A stretch of DNA of 63,876 bases, counting the filler, from an uncultured bacterium (GTDB lineage: Bacteria; Latescibacterota; UBA2968): the NCBI GenBank assembly GCA_964471275.1. It is 3 parts of 3 records of this genome, joined end to end, with 100 filler letters (N's around TTAATTAATTAA, not from the genome) between each part and the next. Parts side by side here need not be neighbours in the genome. Positions count along the whole stretch, not along the records: positions 1 to 23,673 come from CAYYGZ010000045.1; 2 more parts are not named here. One strand, given 5' to 3'. Both the position numbers and the translations under genes were made by a program. Positions 1 to 10,488 of the stretch are shown piece by piece. The notes below the pieces were generated by a model, which saw only the letters and a program-made list of their open reading frames with translations, was not told the DNA's origin and did not search any database. How positions within the stretch are numbered: position 1 is the first letter of the stretch; the number at the start of each line of letters is the position of its first letter.

Positions 1-133
1 TCCACGATGCGTCGATCAACCCAATCACGTTGCAGTAGGATCAGTATTTCTTCCGAAAATCGACTGGATGCGATCTCCGTCTTGAGGAAGACGGCGACCA
101 TGTCGGCTTCGGTCGTGGGGTCAGGTCGTACAC
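1..133 (-). CDS. Hypothetical protein, 5' part only (runs off the window)
   Basis: GTG at 133, just after the dehydrogenase stop; manual translation MYDLTPTTEADMVAVFLKTEIASSRF is open to the window edge. Confidence 0.55.
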
Positions 134-139
134 GCTGCC

Positions 140-1105
140 TCAGTATTGGAGGTCAAGATCCACTATGTTCCGCAGCGGGGCGCCGTTCAGGAAGTTCCGG
201 ACGTTTTCCCGTGTCAGCTGTTCGAGACGTTCGTTTGCGGCTTCCGAATAGCCCGACTGGTGCGGGGTAATAATGACGTTCTCGTATCGCCAGAGCGGAT
301 GGTCGACAGGCAGAGGCTCGGGATCCGTCACGTCCAATCCTGCGCCCCCGACAACCCCGCCATCGAGGGCCGCCATCAGCGCCTTTGTGTTTATGATTCC
401 GCCCCGGGTGGCACATAGGACGTGGGCGCCGGTCTTCATTCTCCCGAATTCCGATGTCGAGATGAGGTCCGCCGTGTCACTCGTGTAGGGCAGGCAGATG
501 GTGACCCAGTCAGCTTCCGGCAGCAGCGAGTGGAGCTGATCCGGGGGATGGACGGCATCGACAAAGTCGGGTTTTGAACGGCTAGAGTGTCGTCGAGTTG
601 CGATGACCCGCATCCCCAGACCGGCTGCGCGCTTTGCGGTTTCTATCCCGATTCCGCCCAATCCCAGGACTAGCATCGTTTGCCCTGCCAGTTCTCCGGG
701 GGCCGGCGTTCTCTTCTGCTCTGGCCACCCCTTCTGGAGTGCTGCTCTTCGGATGGGTTCTATCTTTCTGCAGAGCATCAGGGCCAGAGCGATCGTGTGG
801 TCGGCGATGTTGGGGCCGTAGATGCCTGCCGCATTTGTGAGCACAATGTCCCGCTGCTTCATCAACTCGAGTGGATACGCATTCACCCCGGCGCTGAAGG
901 ACTGGACCCACCTGAGGTTGATGGCCTTCTCCACAAATTCGTGCGAGTTGATGTTTCCGAGAGCAGCTGTGTAGGACTCCGCAGTGTTCTGGGCAAATCG
1001 CAAACTGTCGACATACACGAGATTCTCATCCTGGAACTCGCTCTGGATGGATTCAAATGTCCGATCGCCAAACCGGACGAGAAGCAGCTGCTCCCGACTG
1101 CTCAT
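140..1105 (-). CDS. D-2-hydroxyacid dehydrogenase family protein
   Basis: GLGGIG Rossmann motif, (A)TRGG, LDVTDPEPLP and ITPH motifs; start at ATG 1105 overlaps the upstream stop (ATGA). Confidence 0.9.
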   Translation of the reverse strand: MSSREQLLLVRFGDRTFESIQSEFQDENLVYVDSLRFAQNTAESYTAALGNINSHEFVEKAINLRWVQSFSAGVNAYPLELMKQRDIVLTNAAGIYGPNIADHTIALALMLCRKIEPIRRAALQKGWPEQKRTPAPGELAGQTMLVLGLGGIGIETAKRAAGLGMRVIATRRHSSRSKPDFVDAVHPPDQLHSLLPEADWVTICLPYTSDTADLISTSEFGRMKTGAHVLCATRGGIINTKALMAALDGGVVGGAGLDVTDPEPLPVDHPLWRYENVIITPHQSGYSEAANERLEQLTRENVRNFLNGAPLRNIVDLDLQY

Positions 1106-3015
1106 ACTTCGATTTCCCAACCGGTGTCCCCGGATTTGACGATGAGCGTGTCTCGGCACTGGACCGATACGCTCTGGTTCGTCCAAGCGTCCCCTTCTGC
1201 GATCCAGGGGGATGTGCTCCGTCCGCTAGGGCGAACGCTGAAGAGGGACATTATTGCGATTCGGTCGGATGTGATTCGATAGTCGAGATAGGGTTCGTTC
1301 TTCTGCCCGAATACGTCGCCCAGTCGGAAGCGGTTGAATGGCTCGGCATACTTGTGATGTTCCAGACTGCAGGACAGATCGGTATCATGCATGCTCGTAA
1401 CAAAACCGTCGATTCCGCTGGGCGTGTTCGCAACACTGAAATGACCGTCCGGTGACCAGATGGGGTCGTTCGCCGTGTGCCATCGGAGAGAAGTGTCGGC
1501 AGTTGCCGTCAGTTCGGCCGTGTCGTATACGACGACCGTATGTGGAGAAAGATACGCTACGGTCCGTTTGACGGATTCTGGCTCTTCGTAGAGCCCTGTC
1601 AGGTCGATTTGCCACCATCCCCCACGTGCGTCGTCGAAGGCGCTTTGGATAATCCGCGCGCAGTTTGACTTTTCACAGCACATTTCGTGGTCGTCGAAAG
1701 TAAGGACGTTGTGGCCGTGGACAGAGGCGTTGTAGTATTCGTACCGGTTCTCGCCGAAGAAATCGGCCGGATACCCCGGGGGTGATCCGGGATCGGTGAT
1801 GAGCCGCTTGCCGCAGCTGTCGATGCAGACCTGCCCGGCATCATGGTTCCCGTGACCTTCGGCACCGTGGCCGCCCTTCGCGTAGACGACGCAGGCCGCA
1901 GACCGAGGGTCCCAGCTCGAGCGTACGCAGATGTTCTGACTGTGGCCGTGGTATGCCCGCCCCAACGGGATGTCAGGCTGCTTCGGTTCGAGCGAAGGAT
2001 CATACCAGAGGAGTTCCCACGGGTCGGTGTCTGGATCGTCTGGCTGGCTGTGCATGAGGTAGAACCACTGGAGACAGGGGTCGCGTGTGGCATCCGCCAC
2101 GGTGGCGAACATCGGGGCGGAGGGGGCGCGGCCGATATGCGAATCCCCGAAGGGAACGACGTGTCCTGGCGGCACGGTAAAGTGCATCATCCAGCGGCAG
2201 GTATCGGGTATCGGAAAGCTCGCAAGATGGTTCTCGCCACCACCGGCCGCATAGCGGTGTGCGCTGAAGTAGAGCAGGGGCAAAGCGTGGGCGTTCGCGT
2301 ATGACACGGATTCATTGAATTCGCCCTCCGGCCCGTAGTTGTCGAAGTAGGCGTTCAGTCTCGGGTGCGCGTAGTCGACAAGCTCCTCGGAGCGCGGATG
2401 ATCCTCTGCAAGCGCGATGCCCGCGATGCCGTGTCCTCCGACAACGCAGGTCATCCAGTTGTTGGTGCCGTTTGCCCACCAGACACCGTCCGCGACGTCT
2501 TTGAAGAATGGCTGGATGCCGCACCGGTCGATGCCGTCGACGATCCACTGACGCTGTTCGGCGTCGAGGAAGGGATGGATCCAGTCGTACGCGAGAGCGA
2601 GCGATCGGGAAAGCTGACCGGCACGCAGGTCGATGTTCATCCCCGTGTGAGCGATGTCCCGCCATTCCGGCCATCGATCGGTGTCGAAAAGCGCGTCCAT
2701 CTGGGCGAGCACGTCATCGCGATACCGAACATCCTCGGTGATCAGGCAGGCGAGCGCGGCCCGCAGGGCGCGTGTTCCCGCTCTATGCACGATCGTGTAG
2801 TCGCGGTTGGCATGACGTGCGCTCATGGCGTCACGACCGGGAAATACGTCGCCCGGTTCGTAGATTTTGCGCCCCAGTTCCGCGTCGGCAAGAGCGAGTT
2901 GGGATTCCCAGAGCTTCTTCGTGTGACCCGACTGGATGTTTTCGCGAATATCGTCGACCGACCGAAGACCATCGACAGGTTCGGCAGTTACGAAGATGTG
3001 TGGACGGCTAGACAT
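1102..3015 (-). CDS. Heparinase II/III-family polysaccharide lyase-like protein
   Basis: Helical N-terminal part (LALAYDW, NNW, ESVSY) and C-terminal HGNHDAG...LITDPG and HNVL motifs; no signal peptide visible. Confidence 0.8.
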   Translation of the reverse strand: MSSRPHIFVTAEPVDGLRSVDDIRENIQSGHTKKLWESQLALADAELGRKIYEPGDVFPGRDAMSARHANRDYTIVHRAGTRALRAALACLITEDVRYRDDVLAQMDALFDTDRWPEWRDIAHTGMNIDLRAGQLSRSLALAYDWIHPFLDAEQRQWIVDGIDRCGIQPFFKDVADGVWWANGTNNWMTCVVGGHGIAGIALAEDHPRSEELVDYAHPRLNAYFDNYGPEGEFNESVSYANAHALPLLYFSAHRYAAGGGENHLASFPIPDTCRWMMHFTVPPGHVVPFGDSHIGRAPSAPMFATVADATRDPCLQWFYLMHSQPDDPDTDPWELLWYDPSLEPKQPDIPLGRAYHGHSQNICVRSSWDPRSAACVVYAKGGHGAEGHGNHDAGQVCIDSCGKRLITDPGSPPGYPADFFGENRYEYYNASVHGHNVLTFDDHEMCCEKSNCARIIQSAFDDARGGWWQIDLTGLYEEPESVKRTVAYLSPHTVVVYDTAELTATADTSLRWHTANDPIWSPDGHFSVANTPSGIDGFVTSMHDTDLSCSLEHHKYAEPFNRFRLGDVFGQKNEPYLDYRITSDRIAIMSLFSVRPSGRSTSPWIAEGDAWTNQSVSVQCRDTLIVKSGDTGWEIEV

Positions 3016-3052
3016 TGGGAGAGTGGGTACCGGGTTTGGGAATGGGAGGCGG

Positions 3053-3943
3053 TTATCTGTCTTCCGTGTACTGCTCGAGCGCTTTGATCACGGAGGCGTT
3101 GTCCTGATCGGCGTAGCCAGCGTCGACTCCGGACCGAAGTATCTGGGCGTGAAGTGCGCTGACGGGAAGCTTGAGACCGTGTTTCATGCCCATATCCAGG
3201 ATGAGACCCACATCCTTCAGGTGCTGGGCAAGTCTCGCTTCAGCTGTGAATTCCTCTTTGATCATCCGGCCGCCCTTCTGGTCCATCACCTTTGAGTACG
3301 CAGCGCCGACCCTCAGAACTTCGAGCATCCTGTCGAGATTGACGCCCGCTTTCTTACTCAGTAGAAGACCCTCCGCAAGGACGAGGCGATTCAGACCGAG
3401 GACAAGGTTGACGATCAGCTTCGCCTCTGCACCCTTTCCGTTCTCACCCATAGCGTAGATGCGATGGGAGAAGGTTTCGAGGATGTCACGTCCCCGCGAG
3501 AGCTGCTCTTCGCCGCCGCCGACCATCACCAGACACGTGCCTTCCGTAACCATCTGGCTCGAGCCGAGGATGGTCGCGTCCAGGAAGTGAACGCCCTTCG
3601 CGCTTAACCTGCCGGCCAGTCGGACACATCGTTCCGGGTCCGATGTGGTGGTGTCGATCACAAGACTGTTTGTCTGCAATCCGTGGTGGAGGCCGTTCGC
3701 TCCCTCGGCCACCGTCTCGACGGTGTCCGAATTCGGAAGCGAAAGCACGACACGGCGCGCACACGCGCTCACCTGGGACGGGGAGTCCGCCGGCGTCATC
3801 CCATTGGCAGCGGCACGCTCCATTGCGTCGGGGCTGATGTCGTAACCCACGCAGCCGTAGCCGGCGGCCACGAACCGTTTGAGGAGAGAAGAGCCGACCA
3901 GACCCAACCCGATCAACCCTATTTCTTCGCGACAGGTCCCCAT
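3053..3943 (-). CDS. 3-hydroxyisobutyrate/beta-hydroxyacid dehydrogenase family NAD(P)-dependent oxidoreductase
   Basis: IGLIGLGLVG, FLDA..GS, KLIVN and KDVGLI motifs. Confidence 0.9.
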   Translation of the reverse strand: MGTCREEIGLIGLGLVGSSLLKRFVAAGYGCVGYDISPDAMERAAANGMTPADSPSQVSACARRVVLSLPNSDTVETVAEGANGLHHGLQTNSLVIDTTTSDPERCVRLAGRLSAKGVHFLDATILGSSQMVTEGTCLVMVGGGEEQLSRGRDILETFSHRIYAMGENGKGAEAKLIVNLVLGLNRLVLAEGLLLSKKAGVNLDRMLEVLRVGAAYSKVMDQKGGRMIKEEFTAEARLAQHLKDVGLILDMGMKHGLKLPVSALHAQILRSGVDAGYADQDNASVIKALEQYTEDR

Positions 3944-5412
3944 TATCTGCTCGCAGGCCGCTTACGCCAGGACATCAGGGGCTCGTAGAGATCCGTGACA
4001 TATTGATTGGCTGCGTCACGCCAGGTAAACCGGGTCTGGAACCCGTTCTTCTGGAGCTTCCTGAATTCGGTCGGCCGGGAGCCGAATACCTGTTTTGCCT
4101 CGATCACATTGGCGATGAGGTTGCACAGCGTCGCGTCACGAGACGCCCCCCCGAACCCGAAGCCGGTTCCCTCTTTCTCCGTGTGCGGTATGACGGTATC
4201 AACCAGTCCGCCCGTCCATCTGACGAGCGGCGGTGTGGCACAGCTCATCGACTCCATCTGCGTTATCCCGCACGGCTCGAACAGGCTGGGCATCAGGAAG
4301 ACGTCGCTGCCGAGGCGGACGAGACCGGCCCGGTCGCGGTCGAAGGCGAGTGTGGCGACACAGTTCGGGCGAGCAGACACGTAGCGTAGAAACGACTCGT
4401 ATTCCGGCAGACCGGTCGCGACGATCGCCACGTTGACGCCGGGGATGTCGAGGAGATGCTCCAGGACGGACTGACCATCCAGCTGCTCGGCGAGAAGACC
4501 GAACTTCTGCTCGACGGCTCGGCCCACGAACCCGAGCAGCAGGCCGGGCGGATCCTTGAAGTCTGCCGAGAGCATTGCTCGCGCGTCAGCTTTCTGCTTC
4601 AGGACGGACTGGAACGCTGCATCCGAAGGCTGATCGGCATACGCAAAGCCGTTTGTGATCCCGTGCAGACATCCTCTGTCGCGGATCTGCGAGGTGACCT
4701 CGTGGAGCCCCTTGCCACCCTCAAAGAAGCGATCCTGATCTTCCGGCTCGCAAATCTCCTTGGCATAGGTCGGGCTTACAGTGTTGACCTGATCTGCCAG
4801 TTCCAGCCCGAGGCGGAGCGCATTCACGCTGTTCCATTCGGGTCGGGGGTCGACAAAGAGGGGACCGACCTTCTCGTGGCTGGCGATGGCTTCGATGTCC
4901 CATCCGTCGATCACGTAGCGAGAGATCGTGCCCTGATAGCCGATGTTGTGAACCGTCATGACCCGCTTCTGTTCGTGCCCTTCCATCTCCATCCGCCCAA
5001 AGAGATAGCCCAGAACCCAGTCGTTGACGTGGACGATGTCGGGCTTCTTCTGCTCGATCAGGTGGAGACACGTTTCGGAAAAGAACGAGAAGCGCAGGAT
5101 GTCGTCCTTGAAGGGGATGTCGGTGCTATGTACATACGGTGTTCCGTAGGTGCCCTCGAAGTAGTGCGCATTCTTGATAAAGTTGACGGGTACACCGTCT
5201 ATCTCCGGATGCGAGACGATACCGACGTTTTCGGTCTGGTTGTTGAACTCGACCGCGTAGTCGTTGAGCTGTACCTGTCCATACCAGGGCGTGACAATTT
5301 CGATGTCGATGCCCCGAGCCTTCAGAGCCGGGGGAAGCTCTCCCGCAACATCGCCAACGCCGCCCGCTTTGGAGAAGGGCTTACACTCGGCTGTTATGTA
5401 GAGTACCTTCAT
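3943..5412 (-). CDS. glgA: Glycogen synthase (GT5)
   Basis: ECKPFSKAGGVGDV (KxGG), HVNDW, TVHNIGYQG, MPSLFEPCGITQM and TGGLVDTV motifs. Confidence 0.88.
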   Translation of the reverse strand: MKVLYITAECKPFSKAGGVGDVAGELPPALKARGIDIEIVTPWYGQVQLNDYAVEFNNQTENVGIVSHPEIDGVPVNFIKNAHYFEGTYGTPYVHSTDIPFKDDILRFSFFSETCLHLIEQKKPDIVHVNDWVLGYLFGRMEMEGHEQKRVMTVHNIGYQGTISRYVIDGWDIEAIASHEKVGPLFVDPRPEWNSVNALRLGLELADQVNTVSPTYAKEICEPEDQDRFFEGGKGLHEVTSQIRDRGCLHGITNGFAYADQPSDAAFQSVLKQKADARAMLSADFKDPPGLLLGFVGRAVEQKFGLLAEQLDGQSVLEHLLDIPGVNVAIVATGLPEYESFLRYVSARPNCVATLAFDRDRAGLVRLGSDVFLMPSLFEPCGITQMESMSCATPPLVRWTGGLVDTVIPHTEKEGTGFGFGGASRDATLCNLIANVIEAKQVFGSRPTEFRKLQKNGFQTRFTWRDAANQYVTDLYEPLMSWRKRPASR

Positions 5413-5873
5413 TCCGCTTCACATTCCCCGTTTGTCTTGAGACCCGACTGTTTCAGGATGTCGAACACCTGCTGCTTGTATTGCTTTGATCGGGCCGAAT
5501 CGTTGCCGCGGCCCTGTCTGATGATGATGTATTTCTGGAGCTCATAGAGCAAGTAGAATACTTGGCGGACACGCGCTTCCTGCGAGCGATCCCGTTCCCT
5601 GCCGTAGCCCTCCCAGAAGGCTGGCTCTGAAATGCCGCAATAGTCCAGGACGGCGTACTCGATCTCCGGATCCTCCCACAGGGCTCGGTCCCAATCGATC
5701 AGTCCGGTGACCGTGCTGGTCCCATCGGCCAGAATATTCTCGGCCCATACACCCATGTGGAGGAGCGATGCGGGGATATTCCGATCGAACAATGTGATAT
5801 GGCGGTCCAGGAGATCCCGGAATAGAGGGGCAATGGCGCGTTCGACGGAAGGGATGTCGATGGGGGTGGGCAT
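5409..5873 (-). pseudogene. C-terminal half of an aminoglycoside-phosphotransferase/choline-kinase-family protein
   Basis: LLHMGVWAENIL (catalytic HxD has G instead of D) and GLIDWD; the N-terminal lobe is absent. Confidence 0.65.
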
Positions 5874-5966
5874 GGGGTAATGATCAGAGTGTGGTTGCGG
5901 TCATCCTGGATCGTGTCCGTCGCATACGGTGAAGCATCGGGATGGCAGGGCCCCGGATCTGCCCGA

Positions 5967-6788
5967 TCAGCCACCATCTGCTTCCGGCTGGCTCACCGGA
6001 AGATACACGCGAAACGTCGTTCCGACACCCTCCCTGCTATCCGCCTCGATTCAACCGCCGTGGTCTTCGATGATTTTGTAGCTGATGGAGAGCCCAAACT
6101 TGGTCCCGACACCTACGCCTTTTGTCGTGAATCCTGGGTCGAAGATGCGCTCCAGGTATGCCTGGGGGCATCCCGCGCCCCGTATCGTGAACCGAGATGA
6201 TGAGACCCGTGGTGGCCTGCAGGATGTCTCGGCGAACCATCGCGATGAGGTGATCGGAGCGGGAAGCGATCGAGATACGCGCCCGATCAGCGAAGCTGGC
6301 TGGGTGCTCCGCGAAGCTCCGGAAATAGACATACTTGCCCGCGAAGCTGGCCGGCAGAGGAATCAGGTGTCACCCGTTCCAGGCGAATTTGTTTCTGATG
6401 TCGGGCCGAAGAACGCCTGATTGGAAGATAAGCTTGTTGTCGATGTAGGCTTCGAAGGGCGGACAGGATGCGACGTAGATCGTCGGGTCGATCAAACGCG
6501 TGTCGGGGATCCGGAAACGGCGCCAGACATTCGTGAACTGGCCAGCCGGATGACCCTCGGACGCCACGAAGGGCTGCCAATCGGGACTGTTCGTGTCAAC
6601 CGTCAGTCAGGCAAGACCTGCTTCGGGTGTTTGCGGTGAATCGCCCAGCCGGTACTCGCCGTGTTCGAGCCAGATCGGTGGTGCCGCGGATACGGGTGCG
6701 ATCCACAGCAGGGAGAGATCAACGAAAGCAGAGAGATGTGGAGTCGGGTGCGCAAGTAGTCCCCTCGAGAGATGGATATTCCCCTCAT
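5967..6788 (-). pseudogene. Fragmented sensor histidine kinase
   Basis: HATPase boxes lie in shifted frames: ISVHDTGRGMP, then ERIFDPGFTTKGVGVGT.FGLSISYKIIEDHGG*IEADSREGVGTTFRVYLP with an in-frame stop at 6051-6053; upstream sensor-like fragments are in other frames. Confidence 0.75.
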
Positions 6789-6839
6789 AATATCCGATTC
6801 GGAGGGGATTTCCAAAGAGACGTAGCACCGCCGGAGGGG

Positions 6840-8669
6840 CTACTGCTTGTCCTGCTTGGCTGCTTTCTCGCGCAGGTGATGGAGAAGCTCTTTCTTGCGG
6901 ATTCTTAGGCTCTTGGGCGTGACTTCCAGCAGTTCGTCCGCGTGGAGATACTCGAGGTTTTCGTCGAGCGACATGGCGCGATGTGGTGGCAGCTGTTCAT
7001 CGTCCCCGGTTGGCTTTGAGCGGTGCCCGGTCCCGACCTTTGCGCGGCATACGTTCAGGGTCAGGTCCTTTTTTCTGATGTGCTGACCGACAACTTGCCC
7101 GGAATAGACTTCGGTTCCGGGGGGAATGAAGAAGGTTCCCCGCTGCTTCAGGTTCGTGAGTGCGTAGGGCGTGGCCTTCCCCTGATCCTGCGAGACGAGC
7201 GATCCCGTCTCGTGTGTCTCGATTGAACCCGCATACCGCGCATATGCATCGAAAACGCCGTGGAAGATGCCGTTTCCGCGCGTCGAGGTCAGGAAAGGCT
7301 GTCTGAACCCGAGCATCCCTCGTGTCGGCACGTGGTACGTGCTGTGAACGGTTCCGTCATCGGCGTGACGCGTGTCCAGCAGTCGCCCCTTCCGTCGACC
7401 GAGCATTTCGGTCACCGGTCCGACGGCGTCGCTCGGTACTTCGATGTAGACTTCCTCGAACGGTTCTTCACGCCCGCTCTCGGTTTCGTGGAAGATCACT
7501 TCGGGCTGACTGACCGAGAATTCGTAGCCCTCCCTGCGCATCGTTTCGATCAGGATCGCGAGATGGAGTTCGCCCCGCCCGGACACATCCCACTCACCGG
7601 CAGTCTCCGTGTCGTCTACCCGGAGCGCTACATTGCTCTCCAGCTCTCTTGCAAGCCGTTCACGCAGCTGACGACTCGTGACATACTTGCCGTCGCGACC
7701 GGAGAATGGGCTTGTGTTGGCGCTAAAGGTCATCCGGACGGTCGGCTGCTCGACCTCGATCGGGGGAAGCGGCCGGGGATCGTCAATGTCGGTGATCGTG
7801 TCGCCAATACCGATATCTTCCACGCCGGACAACGCGATTATGTTCCCGGCGCTGACGATGCTCTGCGGCTCACGTCTCAGGTCTCTGAAGGTGTAGACTT
7901 CCCCGATTTTAGCGGATTGCAGGTCGCCTGCCGAATTCACGTGCGCGACTGTCTGTCCGGACTTGAGGGACCCGCCACTCAGTCGACCCACGGCAATCTT
8001 GCCGACATAGCTGCTGTACTGGAGCGTCGTCACAAGCAGCTGGGGAGGACCGTCGACCGCGACATTCGGATGGGGGAGGTTTTCGATGATGGCATTGAAG
8101 AGGGGTGTGAGATCATCTGAGAGGCTGTCGGCTGTGACACCGGCTCGGCCCTCGAGCGCCCGTGTGTAGAGTACGGGAAAATCCGCCTGCTCGTCCGACG
8201 CGCCAAGCTCAACGAACAGGTCGAAGGTCTCGTTGACGACCCAATCGGGTCTGGCCGCGGGACGATCGATCTTGTTCACCACGAGGATGGCCTTCAGCCC
8301 CCGCTGCAGCGCGTGTCTCAATACAAAGCGAGTTTGCGGCATCGGGCCCTCGACCGCGTCTACGAGGAGGAGAACGCCGTCTACCATGTTCATGATTCGC
8401 TCGACTTCGCTCCCGAAATCTGCGTGCCCGGGCGTGTCTACCAGATTGATCGTCGTGTCGCCATAGACGATCCCCGTGTTCTTGGCTGTGATCGTGATTC
8501 CACGCTCCCGTTCGAGCTCGTTGGAATCGAGAACACGTTCCTTGATCTCCTGGTTTTCACGGAATACGTTGGTCTGTTTCAGCATGCCATCGACGAGCGT
8601 CGTCTTGCCGTGGTCGACGTGAGCGATGATCGCGATGTTACGAATGTTAGACGGGTCGATGGGGTTCAC
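6840..8669 (-). CDS. typA: Translational GTPase TypA/BipA
   Basis: [36 protein letters not shown] and [12 protein letters not shown] motifs. Confidence 0.97.
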   Translation of the reverse strand: MNPIDPSNIRNIAIIAHVDHGKTTLVDGMLKQTNVFRENQEIKERVLDSNELERERGITITAKNTGIVYGDTTINLVDTPGHADFGSEVERIMNMVDGVLLLVDAVEGPMPQTRFVLRHALQRGLKAILVVNKIDRPAARPDWVVNETFDLFVELGASDEQADFPVLYTRALEGRAGVTADSLSDDLTPLFNAIIENLPHPNVAVDGPPQLLVTTLQYSSYVGKIAVGRLSGGSLKSGQTVAHVNSAGDLQSAKIGEVYTFRDLRREPQSIVSAGNIIALSGVEDIGIGDTITDIDDPRPLPPIEVEQPTVRMTFSANTSPFSGRDGKYVTSRQLRERLARELESNVALRVDDTETAGEWDVSGRGELHLAILIETMRREGYEFSVSQPEVIFHETESGREEPFEEVYIEVPSDAVGPVTEMLGRRKGRLLDTRHADDGTVHSTYHVPTRGMLGFRQPFLTSTRGNGIFHGVFDAYARYAGSIETHETGSLVSQDQGKATPYALTNLKQRGTFFIPPGTEVYSGQVVGQHIRKKDLTLNVCRAKVGTGHRSKPTGDDEQLPPHRAMSLDENLEYLHADELLEVTPKSLRIRKKELLHHLREKAAKQDKQ

Positions 8670-8776
8670 CTTTCAGGTCAGACAGAAAAAGTCGAGAACA
8701 GTTAATTAAGTTAATAAGAACAGTCCTGTGGGACGTACAATTTTCTGTTAACACTGGCCTTACAGGGAGGACGGCC

Positions 8777-9021
8777 ATGATCCGCGAAGCGCTGGTCGAC
8801 AACGTTCTTGCGAAGGAAAAGGACTTCAGGTGGCGAGGCGATGACGTGTCGCGACTCGAGGTAATCTCCGACGCCGTATTTGCCTTTGCGATTACGCTTC
8901 TGGTGGTATCCTCACCGCCCTGTCCGGGGTCTGTTATTCCGTGACCTGGCCCGCGGCCCTGATGGTCACCTGGGAACAGAAGAAAAAGATCGAGGAGCTC
9001 AGGCCGTCCAGCGATGTGTGA
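8777..9021 (+). pseudogene. Internally deleted TMEM175/DUF1211 potassium-channel gene
   Basis: GGAGG RBS, then MIREALVD...FRWRGDDVSRLEVISDAVFAFAITLLVVS (RLExxSDxVFAxAITLL signature) with a stop at 8942-8944; a short C-terminus-like segment in another frame ends at 9021. Confidence 0.7.
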
Positions 9022-9213
9022 TCTTATCTCCGGTGCTTCTGGCTAGGCCAGAAGGGACACCCGGTCCAGTGCGGCGCCCCAGATGTTCTTACGACGTCAA
9101 GAAGGAGACACCGTGTCTCGGAATGTCGACCGGTGCAGACTCTTGTGCTGGGCAGTGTATCGGAGGGCGATCTTCACTCATCGGATGAAATTAGGAATCT
9201 CAAGGATGGGATA

Positions 9214-9672
9214 CTAGTGGAATACGACGGAATGCTCGATGAGCTCCTTGTTCTCGTACACAAACTTTCCTGAGAAGAACCGGTCCTGGTTCAACCACTT
9301 CAGGAAAATGTAGTCCCCTTCCCACAAAGTCAGATCCAGTAGCTTCTCATCATCGATCCATTCGAGATTCCCCTCAGGGGAATCGATCGTCTCGCCGCTG
9401 AACTGCGTGCCCGTGAACAGATAGACATACCAGTCGTCGATCTGATCGAACATCGGGAAGGTGATGATACCTCTCAGATGTGGGTCGACCAGGTCGAGGC
9501 CGCTTTCCTCCTTGACCTCGCGGATCGCGCACGCTTCAGGCGTTTCGCCCGCCTCCAGTTTGCCGCCCAGTCCGTTCCATTTCCCTTCGTGAAAATCCTG
9601 CTCCTTCTTGATACGGTGGAGCATGAGGGTCTTGCTGTCGCGTTTCAGGTAGACCAGAGTGCCAAGCTTCAT
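9214..9672 (-). CDS. NUDIX 8-oxo-dGTP diphosphatase (MutX/MTH1-like)
   Basis: KWNGLGGKLEAGETPEACAIREVKEESGL NUDIX box; start set at MKLGTL. Confidence 0.92.
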   Translation of the reverse strand: MKLGTLVYLKRDSKTLMLHRIKKEQDFHEGKWNGLGGKLEAGETPEACAIREVKEESGLDLVDPHLRGIITFPMFDQIDDWYVYLFTGTQFSGETIDSPEGNLEWIDDEKLLDLTLWEGDYIFLKWLNQDRFFSGKFVYENKELIEHSVVFH

Positions 9673-9778
9673 CGTCGAAGGATCCGTGGATGAGTGAGGA
9701 TGTGTTGAGAGAAGATTGAGAGTCGGTACCGATGTCGTTTCCAAGCCCTGGGCCCTGGTGGGCAGGCGGTAGGTCCAC

Positions 9779-10294
9779 CTACCAGGGCAGACATCCCAAC
9801 TCGAAGGCTTCGTCGGTCCAGGCTTCATCACAGAAGGGCAGGACCATCACAATGTGTGGCGTTTCGCGCGGCCCTTCTGGCTGATCGATGGTGACGGGAC
9901 CTTCGATTTCCTGCCAGCCTCGCCGTTTGTAGAATGGGATCAGTTCCGGGTGACAGAAGAGCATTCCAAAGTCGACTTGCATCTCCTCCTGCATATGTCT
10001 CTCGACAGCACCTACGACCTGGCTGCCATACCCTTTGCCTCTGGCGGCTGGAACCGTAATGACGCTGTTGAGACCACCAAGCGTGACCCGCCGATTCCCA
10101 ACCTGGACTGAGTGGCACACGGCTCCTGCGTTAGATACTGCCTCATCGTCCACATAGCCGACACAGTAGACATCCGTGCCACGCCAGGTGAGGGCATACC
10201 GGTCGTTGTCCCACAGATCGTCACCCCACCCGAACAGTGCTTTTCTCTCTTCGGGATCCAGGTTCAGTCTGGTCTTGATCGTGAAATTGGGCAA
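9779..10294 (-). CDS. GNAT N-acetyltransferase (AAC(2')/Eis-like)
   Basis: GGLNSVITVPAARGKGYG motif A and FYKRRGW. Confidence 0.85.
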   Translation of the reverse strand: MPNFTIKTRLNLDPEERKALFGWGDDLWDNDRYALTWRGTDVYCVGYVDDEAVSNAGAVCHSVQVGNRRVTLGGLNSVITVPAARGKGYGSQVVGAVERHMQEEMQVDFGMLFCHPELIPFYKRRGWQEIEGPVTIDQPEGPRETPHIVMVLPFCDEAWTDEAFELGCLPW

Positions 10295-10488
10295 GCATCC
10301 CTCTCTTCCGGGTTACAGGGAGTGACAAGATGCTGGATTGTTCGGATTCCTGCCAGAGCGATCGACACGCATTCTGTGGACAGATTTTGGTATCGCATTG
10401 ACTCGTCCGGCCTTTTCTTGATGCTGTTCCGCTGTGGCTGAGGCAACACGTGAACCTAGCTGCTGTTCCAACCTTGACCGAGTGAGTC

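Noticed and set aside
4456..5547. Long antisense ORFs (e.g. 4456-5547, 7260-8120, 29573-30628, 58482-59513)
   Set aside because: They are shadows of well-supported genes on the opposite strand, as expected in GC-rich DNA
8701..8720. GTTAATTAAGTTAA as a hidden contig linker
   Set aside because: There are no flanking Ns and it is not the exact cassette; it fits an AT-rich divergent promoter region
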